A stretch of 64,000 bases of DNA from a virus (taxonomy: Duplodnaviria > Caudoviricetes). The position numbers were made by a program, and so were the translations under genes. Position 1 is the stretch's first letter. Every line of letters begins with the position of its first letter. Below the pieces are notes generated by a model, which saw nothing but the letters and a program-made list of their open reading frames with translations, was not told the DNA's origin and made no database searches. The stretch is from positions 142,308 to 206,307 of IMG/VR virus record IMGVR_UViG_2609460327_000001. One strand, given 5' to 3'. Shown one piece after another: positions 1 through 10,000 of this stretch.

Positions 1-3000
1 TATGGATCAGGAGTCGTCCGGCTTAAAGCAAGCGTTTATGATAATGAAGCTGAAGCCACGATCCATATCGTAGGACAGACGCAACCCATCCTGCACTTTG
101 CAGAAACCAATATACTCATGGCGCCAGGAGAGCGAAAATCGATCTATCCCGCTATCGTAAATGATGATGGTCGCAGCCGGCCGATTGCGTGGGACATCCA
201 GCAAAACAGCTGCCTTAATATCGTAGATGAAGGCGCAAGTAAACTTGTGTTTGAAGCTATCACGAATGGCAGAGCCACAATCATCTGCAAAGCAGGGGAT
301 CTGAAGCAACAGATTTATGTCGATGTATCCGAGAACCGGATTCAAGCGTTCAGCACCGAGGCAGTAGATGGATCGATTTATATTCCGACAGAAGACTCTC
401 CAGAACAATGGACGGATGTAGAAAAAGATCCGAATTATATTGAGAGCCCAGGGATGCTGACGAGCATGTATACCCGGACAAGCGGAGAAGAAGATCCGAA
501 CTATGCTTTCCACTCAGGGATCGGGGATCAAGACGACCTGCTGGTGAAAAAGCCTCAGCTAGAAAACAGCGTCCAGCCATTCCAATATGCAGCACGTCTG
601 CGCGGGAAGAAACGCCATTCCATTATGATCTATCCAGAAATCGCATTCCAATACAGCGTTCAGTATAAAGGCGATCTCTACGTGACCTATAACGAGTCTC
701 CATTCAAGGTGAGCATTGATGCTTATCCAGCGAAGAAGTTCGAGTTTACGATCAAAGAAGACCGCAAGCTTGAAACAATCAAGGACTATGAGGTTGAAAT
801 GTCCGTGGAAGGGCAAGTTACGAAAAAGGATTTGGAGTACGCCGTCAACTGGAAAGCAAATGTGGAAGTGAATGATGAAGGTGACGTAAAAGGATTGTTC
901 GTTTCTGGAGGAGACAAAGGAGACTTCATCGGTAGCGGCACCGCGTTGTCTTGGCGACTCGGAAGCGGATACGTCTATGACACATACAACCTCAGCCGGT
1001 TCAGTGGCGTTGTGGCAAAGAAATACTATGACTACACTAGCTACGAAGCTGAGTTTGATTACAAGCCAATTGCGGGCGACTCATCAGGCATTGCAGACGA
1101 TGACCTTATCGGACTGATCTTCAAAGCAAGAGATAAGCGAAACTTCTACATGCTGCTGATTGAAAGCCATGAGCGTGCAAGAAACTCAAACCGTACAGGC
1201 GACAACTTGGAAGGGTTCAATATCTACACTGGGACACCGGAACAATGGAACGCGCGATCTGTAAGAGGAGCCAGCTATCAGACCGAATCAGAATGGCGGC
1301 TATATACGCAGAGCATGGGGTGGAAGACACAGCATAGACGCGTCTACAAAGTAACCGATGGAGTAATGAGTCGGGTTAATGTAAATGATCTAGGCGGCGG
1401 CAATGGATGGGATTTCAATGTCATGCAGAGCATGATGGTCCGCTCCATGGGTAAGAAGGTAGAGCTTCATGTCCGCCACAGCTTAAGCGGCAACTATGCA
1501 AAAATATTCGAGTTCAATACGGATTGGGAAGAGGGAAGCTTTGGGATGTGTAATATCTCTCAGGCTGTTCAGTTCCATGGGATTCGTGTGCGGGAATGGA
1601 ATCAGATCGAAGGGCGCATTCCGGAAACCGGCTATGACAAATATACGGGGATCGGAAGTAAAACGATCTCTTCTTCTGGTAGAGAATACGTGAAGACTCA
1701 AGTCGTATCTAAACTCAGCTCGCCATCACAGAAATATGAAGTCACAGAAGTAGCTGGCGAATTAACGGATAGCTCTGCTGGCAGTATCACGGCATCTGTC
1801 ACAGGAGCCATCGTGGTGAAGTCCAACAATCCGCCTAATGCAGGAGAGCCGATCACGCAGAAGTTTACGAAGAGTGGCCAGATTCGAATTACGCCCGACA
1901 ACATTGATTTGAATACGGCTGCCGAAGTCTATACGAATGCTCAAGAGTTCTTTAAAGCAGAGCTGTCTAAATTCAAGAGTGATCATCCGGAAATGTCTGC
2001 AAGCAGTGTCGTGCCGACCTTTACGCTAGTTAAGCCGGCTGTTGATGATGCGGAGAAAGACTTTACGCAAGAGCGCCTATTGATGTGGGAGACTGAACCC
2101 GAGATTGTAACAACCGAGATTGATTATGAGCATAATGTATTTGCTTATGAAGGATGGGTCGCAGGACGGCCTCTGACGGACTTTGTAGGCGGTAACTGGG
2201 CAACCTACACATTAACCTTCCATGATAACTCAGGGACCGTCAACGAGCAGTATGACGCTTGGAAGTGGCAGAACAGCGGAGCAGTCGACATTCATCATGA
2301 TCCGTCCGATGTGCTCATGCTCAAAACAACAGAGTGGTACAAGGGGATATTCCCTGCCGATATCCTGAATGAAGGAATCGTTAATAGTGAAGAAGACAGC
2401 TTCGTTGATATCCCGCCAAGCCATGAACATTACATCGAGCCGTATCTAAGCACACCGATGCCAGGCATCTATGACAACGTTCATTATCTTTTGTATAAGG
2501 AGCCTATCGGCAAGCAGACATTCACTTGGATGTATTGGGAAAGCCAGCCGGGAATCACAACCCGCAACAGCGGACTTCCTATTAATCAGTTGACCGGCAA
2601 ACCAATCATCAAGACAGATCGTCAGAATGATCGCGTTGTGGTGAAGTGTGATGAAGATCCAAGATACATCCCTTATACAACGGGGAAAGAAATTGGATAT
2701 GGAAAAGTTAATGGCAAGCGTCCATTCTTCGGAGACTCAGCTGGGCGAGCAAACATGATTGGGGTTCCAACAAACACAGTGTTCATCCCTGAGAATATGG
2801 TCAACATTACAGGGCCGTATATCGAAGTTAGCGACGATCGTGTGAGCTACAGCATCGATGCCGGAGGAAAGACGGTTACGTTCAGCTCTGATTTCAAAGA
2901 CGCTTACGTTTGGCATACCGATTGGTATACGGGCTGGCATGAAGATGAGAGAGGTTTCCATGCAGATCTGAATACGACAACAACCATAGGCGATCCAATC

Positions 3001-6000
3001 TCCATCAATCCGGAGGATCAGGAAGACTATGATGATAATGTCTCTATCGAAGGCGTTGAAGTCATCAGCAACAATCCGTTTGTTTCTGTCTGGCCAACTC
3101 AAGCAGAGGGAAGTTCTTCAGGACTCTTGGGAACGTACTATCGCTACCCACAAGAGATTGAGAACTTGCTTGAGAAGTTTGTTGTCGGCGGTAACTTCCA
3201 AATCAAAGAGCAGGTCTTTGTCATTGAAGAAGCGGTGGCTCCAGTAAATACGCCAGGATTACCTGCATCCGAAACGTTCATTCCCGGCAGTGCGCCGGTG
3301 AGAGGAACCATTCAAGGAGTTACGGAGTTCGAGGTAGCGACAGTATATGTTCCTGCAGGAAAGCCAATCCTTAAGATCGCATCGAACTTCATGATTGATA
3401 CTGGAAATAAGTATCCTGACCTGCTTGTGACTGCGCCGAACGGTGAACAGTTTGGTGTTAAATACATGAATGGGACTTGGTCTGCTTCAGGAACAACTGC
3501 ATCCGATTTCTTAAGCTGCAGACAGTACACGCACTCTGGAGATAGCGGGCATGCAGAAGTGATGACCTTCACGCTGCCGATTGAGGGGACATGGACCATT
3601 AGCGTATTCAACCAAGGGAATGCACAGACCGCTTACATGGTGACAACTAACATTGGTACCGATGTACGTAAGGTGCTGAGCCTGAGCTATGTACCAGACC
3701 CTGATTCTGTTTCGGTCAAAGTGAACGGCATTTCAATTACAGCTTTCGCTATGGATCGTAAGGATGTCATTATTACAGCGCCGATCGTGAACGAAGATGT
3801 CATTGAGGTAAATTACTCTGCAGGTGGAATCAAGATCAAAGAGCTGCCTATGCAAACAGACTTCCCGATGTATGATGTGCCGCCTTACAAGGTGCTGTCA
3901 GTCAGAAAGAATGATGTGGAGATTCCGGAGAGTACAACAAACGGATACTCCATTGATGGTCAGACCTTTAAGATCAGAGGAAGCTATGTAACGCCAGGCG
4001 TTATTCGAATCAGATACGGTGTTGGTGAGATTGATAACACATTTGATTTAGCCAATGATCCGCAGCTATCTCCGGAAGTTTATCTAAATGGAACGAAGCT
4101 GGATGAAACGAAATACAGCATCAGCGGTCGTGTTCTTACAGTGGATAAAGAATTGCTCATGCCTAAAGATTGGATTCACTTGCAGTCTTACAGAGTGGCC
4201 AAGCGTTTCGATCCTCAGAAAGAAAACTACTTGGGTGATGTGAAAATGTCCCGCGTCGATCCATTCATTAACTTTAATTGGGGAACGCAATCACCGTTCA
4301 CAGAGAGCCTGGAGCCTGCCGGCTTCCGCATGATGGCCGTCATTCCAGATCAGATTAAATTCAATCTGAATGTTGAGATGGAGATCAGTTATCCTTCATC
4401 TGAAGTCATCGACACCAGCAACTTCACAGGTGTATGGAGTAAGTTTGACGAGAACATCGGATCGAATGTAGGGGATTGGCATGGACCACCGGAAGCTGGA
4501 TACGACAAAGTAACAAACCTTGCTAACCAGAGCTACCGATCCGGATGGTATAACCCTGAGCATGCAGATATGACAGACTATGATTTTGAGTTCATGGTGC
4601 AGGAAATTGGCTCCGGGGATGACGATATGTATGGAGCTATTTTTAGGTTCAATCCATCCACTAAAAACTTCTACTCATTCGAGTGGGATGCCAATGGGAT
4701 GGACACGAAAGGGATGGCTGTTTATCGAAACATCTGTACGAACCCATCTCAATATGGAACTGCGCTTCTGTCATATAACAAAGTGAAGCTTGCTCACCTG
4801 CCAGAGCCTTGGGCGTATGGTACCGATCAAACGAATAAGATCAGAGTTCGAGTAGTAGGGCAGTCCATTCAAGTCTACACCAACGATGTACTGAAATTTG
4901 ATATCGTAGATAATTCACCAGACGCACTGATTTCAGGAGCGTGGGGTCCAGTGACAATGTCTCAACCGAGAACATACTTTTGGAATTTCAGCACCTCGAA
5001 AATTCTAAAGGAAACAATCCGGAAGCCGATGAGCGCAGAGAAGATGAAGTCACTAACGGACAGTATCCGAACCGAGGAAATGCTAGTTAGTGACCAGCGA
5101 ATGATTGATTTCTTTAGCAGCGAATTAAGCAGCTTCTTGAGCGCGCATGGATTCAATCGAAGTGATGTATCCCTACAGTACTTTATCAAAAACGATACAA
5201 GTGATTACAAGACGCACTTTACGACAAGCGGTATTGTTACATCTAGTGATGATGCCAAAGTATCGGCTACTGTGATTACACGTCCCGCGTCCACGCCGGA
5301 ACAACCTGCTTGGCTGGATTACCGTGAAGTCAACCGAGGGCACTTGCCACCAGACACATCGGTGGATGTTTACAGTCCTGATCAGCCAGAGCCTTACATC
5401 GATCCGATTCAGCCGGCCGATGAAGGGACACCAAATGATGGCTTTGCGATTAACTGGAAGGGCAGTATCTATGCACCAGTATCAGGAACCTACACCTTCT
5501 ACTCCACATCGGATGATGGCTTCCGACTCTGGATCGATAAGAAACTCATCATTGATAAGTGGGTTCTGCAATCTGCAACGACTCATGTCGGCAGTATTGA
5601 ATTGCAGGGAGGCAAATGGTACGACTTCAATGCTAACTACTTCGAGAACGAAGGCACAGCCAGCGTGAAGTTGGAGTGGTCACATCCGGCAACAGAGCGG
5701 GCAATGATCTCACCTGATTTCTTCACTCCTCGTTTAGGATATGCAGTGAATGCCAGAGTGAAAGAAGCAACACCGCTGCCGTGGAGCCCGATGATTCATA
5801 ATGGCTATTACTACTTCAAAGATAAGGAACATTACTTGTATGCGAAGAAGACGCGCCATGTGATGACACCGGTCGATCACCAGCTTCTCATTCAACCACG
5901 TCCGCAGCAAGGAGCGCCAATGATCGTGAGAGATAACGAAGGAAATATTCTTCGCAAGACGGCTTTCTATGAAGAAGTCTTTAATGAGAATGGCTTGCTC

Positions 6001-7047
6001 ATTGATATCCAGCAGACATTGACTTATAAAGAAGAGCTGATGGGCAATGGATACAGTAAGTACTATCTAACCTATAAGGGGATTGATCCGGATAGTCTTA
6101 TAATTAAATTGAATGGCATTACAATTTCAGCAGATAAATATGTATTTGATGCAGAGAAATCATCGATTCAGTTCATGAACAATGTAGGAAACCGTGATAT
6201 AATGAACTTCGAATATAGCTTGATGTACAGCTATTTTGTAGACTACAACCATGATCCGAATAATGATGTCGCCAAGATTGTTCTTCATCCGAACTATGAT
6301 CCAGACAAGATGAAAGATATGGAGATCATTTATGAAGGCGATGCGTTTAGTCCGTTCTATCGAGCAAAAGAAATCGCACTGAATCCGCTGCTCACTCATA
6401 ATCACAAGGGCTTCCTATACTTGACCAACAAGATATTGGATACACCAAAATCTGTGGATATCAATGTATCACCAAAGACACTGTCTTCCGATGGATTAGG
6501 AAAGGTTCTAGTGACAGGGAAGGTACTGGACAAATACAACAATCCTATTCAGAACAAGAATGTGGACGTATATCGTGATGGAGAATTAATCTACAGCGGT
6601 CCAACGAACCGTGCAGGAGAAGTCTACGTTTACGATAAGCCGGTGCCTAGAGCTGAAATGATCAGCGTATATCAGATTATTTGCGAAGACTTAAATAACC
6701 AAACACTTCTAAATTTCTATGTTCCTAATATGAAGGATCGCTACTTCCTTGAAGTGAAGACCAGTAAAGCAGCGATCCAAGCGGGGCAGGATGATAAGGC
6801 GACCATCTACATCACGCTTCGGAATGAGAACTGGGAGAACGTGGCTGGGGAGAGAATCAAGATCGTTTGTCGTAATACGAAAGGTGAAATCACTACTTCT
6901 GAAATGACGACAAATGTCTATGGCCAAGCAGAGTGGACAGTCTCCGCTTTGAATGAGCAACAAGGCAATATTACTGTAACAGCTTCTTACAGTATGGAAG
7001 GTGAAACAGCAAGCAACTTCATCTACCTGAAGGTAATAGGGGCGTAA
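1..7047 (+). CDS. Giant virion/adsorption protein, 5'-truncated (over 2340 aa): two thrombospondin-C-like lectin domains, split PA14 domain, C-terminal Ig-like domains
   Basis: Frame is open from base 1 (no stop before ATG 118). Motifs DDDLIGLIF and DDDMYGAIF (TSP-C-like), FAINWKGSIYAPVSGTYTFYSTSDDGFRLWID (PA14) and Big-1-like VLDKYNNPI / LRNENWENV. Confidence 0.75.
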   Translation, partial: YGSGVVRLKASVYDNEAEATIHIVGQTQPILHFAETNILMAPGERKSIYPAIVNDDGRSRPIAWDIQQNSCLNIVDEGASKLVFEAITNGRATIICKAGDLKQQIYVDVSENRIQAFSTEAVDGSIYIPTEDSPEQWTDVEKDPNYIESPGMLTSMYTRTSGEEDPNYAFHSGIGDQDDLLVKKPQLENSVQPFQYAARLRGKKRHSIMIYPEIAFQYSVQYKGDLYVTYNESPFKVSIDAYPAKKFEFTIKEDRKLETIKDYEVEMSVEGQVTKKDLEYAVNWKANVEVNDEGDVKGLFVSGGDKGDFIGSGTALSWRLGSGYVYDTYNLSRFSGVVAKKYYDYTSYEAEFDYKPIAGDSSGIADDDLIGLIFKARDKRNFYMLLIESHERARNSNRTGDNLEGFNIYTGTPEQWNARSVRGASYQTESEWRLYTQSMGWKTQHRRVYKVTDGVMSRVNVNDLGGGNGWDFNVMQSMMVRSMGKKVELHVRHSLSGNYAKIFEFNTDWEEGSFGMCNISQAVQFHGIRVREWNQIEGRIPETGYDKYTGIGSKTISSSGREYVKTQVVSKLSSPSQKYEVTEVAGELTDSSAGSITASVTGAIVVKSNNPPNAGEPITQKFTKSGQIRITPDNIDLNTAAEVYTNAQEFFKAELSKFKSDHPEMSASSVVPTFTLVKPAVDDAEKDFTQERLLMWETEPEIVTTEIDYEHNVFAYEGWVAGRPLTDFVGGNWATYTLTFHDNSGTVNEQYDAWKWQNSGAVDIHHDPSDVLMLKTTEWYKGIFPADILNEGIVNSEEDSFVDIPPSHEHYIEPYLSTPMPGIYDNVHYLLYKEPIGKQTFTWMYWESQPGITTRNSGLPINQLTGKPIIKTDRQNDRVVVKCDEDPRYIPYTTGKEIGYGKVNGKRPFFGDSAGRANMIGVPTNTVFIPENMVNITGPYIEVSDDRVSYSIDAGGKTVTFSSDFKDAYVWHTDWYTGWHEDERGFHADLNTTTTIGDPISINPEDQEDYDDNVSIEGVEVISNNPFVSVWPTQAEGSSSGLLGTYYRYPQEIENLLEKFVVGGNFQIKEQVFVIEEAVAPVNTPGLPASETFIPGSAPVRGTIQGVTEFEVATVYVPAGKPILKIASNFMIDTGNKYPDLLVTAPNGEQFGVKYMNGTWSASGTTASDFLSCRQYTHSGDSGHAEVMTFTLPIEGTWTISVFNQGNAQTAYMVTTNIGTDVRKVLSLSYVPDPDSVSVKVNGISITAFAMDRKDVIITAPIVNEDVIEVNYSAGGIKIKELPMQTDFPMYDVPPYKVLSVRKNDVEIPESTTNGYSIDGQTFKIRGSYVTPGVIRIRYGVGEIDNTFDLANDPQLSPEVYLNGTKLDETKYSISGRVLTVDKELLMPKDWIHLQSYRVAKRFDPQKENYLGDVKMSRVDPFINFNWGTQSPFTESLEPAGFRMMAVIPDQIKFNLNVEMEISYPSSEVIDTSNFTGVWSKFDENIGSNVGDWHGPPEAGYDKVTNLANQSYRSGWYNPEHADMTDYDFEFMVQEIGSGDDDMYGAIFRFNPSTKNFYSFEWDANGMDTKGMAVYRNICTNPSQYGTALLSYNKVKLAHLPEPWAYGTDQTNKIRVRVVGQSIQVYTNDVLKFDIVDNSPDALISGAWGPVTMSQPRTYFWNFSTSKILKETIRKPMSAEKMKSLTDSIRTEEMLVSDQRMIDFFSSELSSFLSAHGFNRSDVSLQYFIKNDTSDYKTHFTTSGIVTSSDDAKVSATVITRPASTPEQPAWLDYREVNRGHLPPDTSVDVYSPDQPEPYIDPIQPADEGTPNDGFAINWKGSIYAPVSGTYTFYSTSDDGFRLWIDKKLIIDKWVLQSATTHVGSIELQGGKWYDFNANYFENEGTASVKLEWSHPATERAMISPDFFTPRLGYAVNARVKEATPLPWSPMIHNGYYYFKDKEHYLYAKKTRHVMTPVDHQLLIQPRPQQGAPMIVRDNEGNILRKTAFYEEVFNENGLLIDIQQTLTYKEELMGNGYSKYYLTYKGIDPDSLIIKLNGITISADKYVFDAEKSSIQFMNNVGNRDIMNFEYSLMYSYFVDYNHDPNNDVAKIVLHPNYDPDKMKDMEIIYEGDAFSPFYRAKEIALNPLLTHNHKGFLYLTNKILDTPKSVDINVSPKTLSSDGLGKVLVTGKVLDKYNNPIQNKNVDVYRDGELIYSGPTNRAGEVYVYDKPVPRAEMISVYQIICEDLNNQTLLNFYVPNMKDRYFLEVKTSKAAIQAGQDDKATIYITLRNENWENVAGERIKIVCRNTKGEITTSEMTTNVYGQAEWTVSALNEQQGNITVTASYSMEGETASNFIYLKVIGA

Positions 7048-7065
7048 CAACCCCTATTGCTTTTT
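7033..7065 (+). terminator. Intrinsic terminator-like hairpin
   Basis: Stem gtaatagggg/cccctattgc followed by ttttt, overlapping the stop codon. Confidence 0.6.
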
Positions 7066-7071
7066 ACATAG

Positions 7072-10000
7072 GTGAAAGAAGGGAGATTAAAAGTGATTAA
7101 AGACTTTTATCGCATCGCATGCATTATCTCAGTAAAGGATCAGAATGAACTTGATAAGGTATTTGTATATGACGATTACTTTACGATTAACGAAACCATG
7201 AATCAGGCTGCAATCGGACAGGCGCTTTGCGGTGGAATGAGCATGCAGGAAGTATTCCAGAATCAGATTGATGATTACATTCAGGAATATGGGATTCAAC
7301 CGAACAGAGTCACGGTCGTTGGCTATCAAACTAAATCAGGCCACAAGGATATTTCAGTCGTTTTCTATAAAGATGGAGTTGAACAGAAAGTTCAAACAGC
7401 TGACGGATCCATGAAAGCAGTAGCTTATTATCACAAGGATGAGCGATTAGACTACGGGCTTGAATTGTTTGAGTTTGATAAGGCGCTGCCTAACGGTAAG
7501 CTCTCTCTCAGAGTGGGTGAGCAGGTGCCAACTGGCGATGTGAATCTGGCTTATATCCATAGCCCGCGAATCAATGTAGAAGAGAACGTATCTTTGATTG
7601 ATACTTCTTCAGTCAATGAAAATGTAATCCCTATTGATCAGATTGAGTCCTTAGTTGTGCCGGATGCAAACGGTGTTCTCTCTTATGCTGATGTGGTTTC
7701 CGATGATCAGCCGATCATTATGCGTCCGCCATACAGCAGGTTTCCATCCAAGAATATCAACATCACTAGACGATTTACGCAGAACGAAACTGTAATATCC
7801 AATGCACTGTTCTATAAATTTGAACTAAAGTATCATTACGACAGTGATCCGGGAGAAGCAGGAAAGGTAATACGTTACACTGGCAGCCAAATTCAGCTAA
7901 CCGATGAGAACGGAAACCTGCTAGGACCTGAGTTTAAACGTCTGATCTATGCTCAAGCGACTGAACAGAATCCTAAGATCTATTGGGTGAAGATTTATAT
8001 TCAAAGCAATACAGATGAAGAGCAGACCTTTAAGGTTCGCTACAATCATGTCGAGACTCCTGCTCCAGATGAAGAATTAAAGAGTACCACAAAAACGGTG
8101 GAGCTTTATTCTAATCAAGGGAACGTTGGATTGATTGAGGGTGGTAAGCTGCGAGTGATCAATGGGATCGGCGCGTACGAGCAGGTAACAGCAGAAGACC
8201 TGCGGGCAGCCGAGGACATTCAAGAGGTGTATTCGATTGAGGAATATCCGGATAAGGATGGATATAAAATTACGGTACCGCAACGTTCTATGAATGACCC
8301 AAGAGCACGTAACGCATTCAACTATAAGCTGTCTGCCACCTATTTGGATGACAAGAACAACCAGCGCACATTAACCTTTGGATACGTAAGCGATTGGACA
8401 ATGAATGCAGACGCCCTCCTTGCTCATGAGAAGCTTGAGTTTACCGGAGAGTATAAAACCTTGGGCGTGAATATTGGCGGCGGATACGTAGACGCACGGA
8501 GCCTCATTCAATCGATTATGCCAGTAGACATGCCTTCTCTTCCGATGGATGCCATATTTAAAATTGAAGATGCCAGCGGGAACCTGCTCTATACAACTCA
8601 AACCGCTTCAGACAATGGATCAGTAGAAAGCATTGTAGCAGAAAGCGGAAGCTCACCGGCACAGGCAAAATCAAATACGACAACTGCTAAGTGGACGGGA
8701 GCCAGCGGAAGCAATGTGAAACTGAAGAATAACCCAATCGAACATCAGGTTACGGTCTATCCTGAACAGCAGAAGTCAGAAGTAGACTTCACATGGGAAG
8801 CCAGCGGATCAGGAGAGATCATTACTTCGCAAAGCTATCAAGGACGATGGAAGGTATGCCAAAACGTAACGATCGAAAAAGCCTTCACAGCAAAGCCGAT
8901 TGACGTATTTACAGGATGGGACTTTATCGGCTCCAATGAGACACGAGGCAAATGGGAATATAACAAAGCCAGAGATGTACTTCTGCTTACGGTAAATAAA
9001 ATCGAAGTCAGTGGCTACTACAATGGTGCCCACAAAGATAAAGAGAACTACATTTTCTCTGCATGTGTTACGGTAAACGACCACAACGATGATGACGTGA
9101 TCGGGATTCAGTTCCGAGTTAACAATGATAAAGAGTACTATTGCTTCCTATGGGAAAAAGATCAGCTCATGCGCGAGCCAGGAGCCAACGGTAACGGCGT
9201 AGGTCGCGTACTCGTGGATGAACGCGGCGTATCTGCGGTGCTCTACTACAAGAATCCAGACCCTAATAAATTTAACAGCGCCTATGAAGCTGAAACGAAT
9301 ATGACAAAGTACATGTCAGACTACGGATTTAAAAACCGTAAGAAGGGTATATTCAAAGCCAGCCCGACTACACTTCCGCCTTACTCTGATGCACTGCATC
9401 CGAACTGCCAGTACAAATCAGACCGGACGGGATCATCCTTTGAGAATATAACGAGCAACGTAAACTATAATGCGAAAGGATGGGTACCGGGGGAGACATA
9501 TAAGATTCGTGTCGTGGTTGCCGGTAGTAAGTTCCAGGTCTACATCGGTAACGATACTTCCGATGATGCATTAGGAACATTGGTTTGTGAAGCTGAGGAC
9601 AGCACCTACAGCAAAGGCTCTTACGGAATCTGTAATATCTCTCAAGAGAATGCGCTATGGTCTAAACTGAAATTCACAGAACTGGATGTTCACGAACTCT
9701 GCACAGACTGGGAGAACGTGACGCTAACTAGTAACGATTGGGTTAAAGTGTCCGACAAGAAGCCGGCCGACATTTTAACCCCACTCATTGAACAATACAT
9801 GAAAGACACCTATGGTAATGACATGCCTTATACTGTTACGACTCCAAGTGTTGTCGGTGATCCGGCAGACCTTAGAGCAGAGGTTCGAAACGATGGCTAC
9901 ATTTGGGCAGTGACGAACAGCAGCCAGGCAGGAGGGACGTTAAGTACTCCTTGGCTAACCAGTGATAATCGCAAGAATATTACCGGCACAGGCAAGGCGG

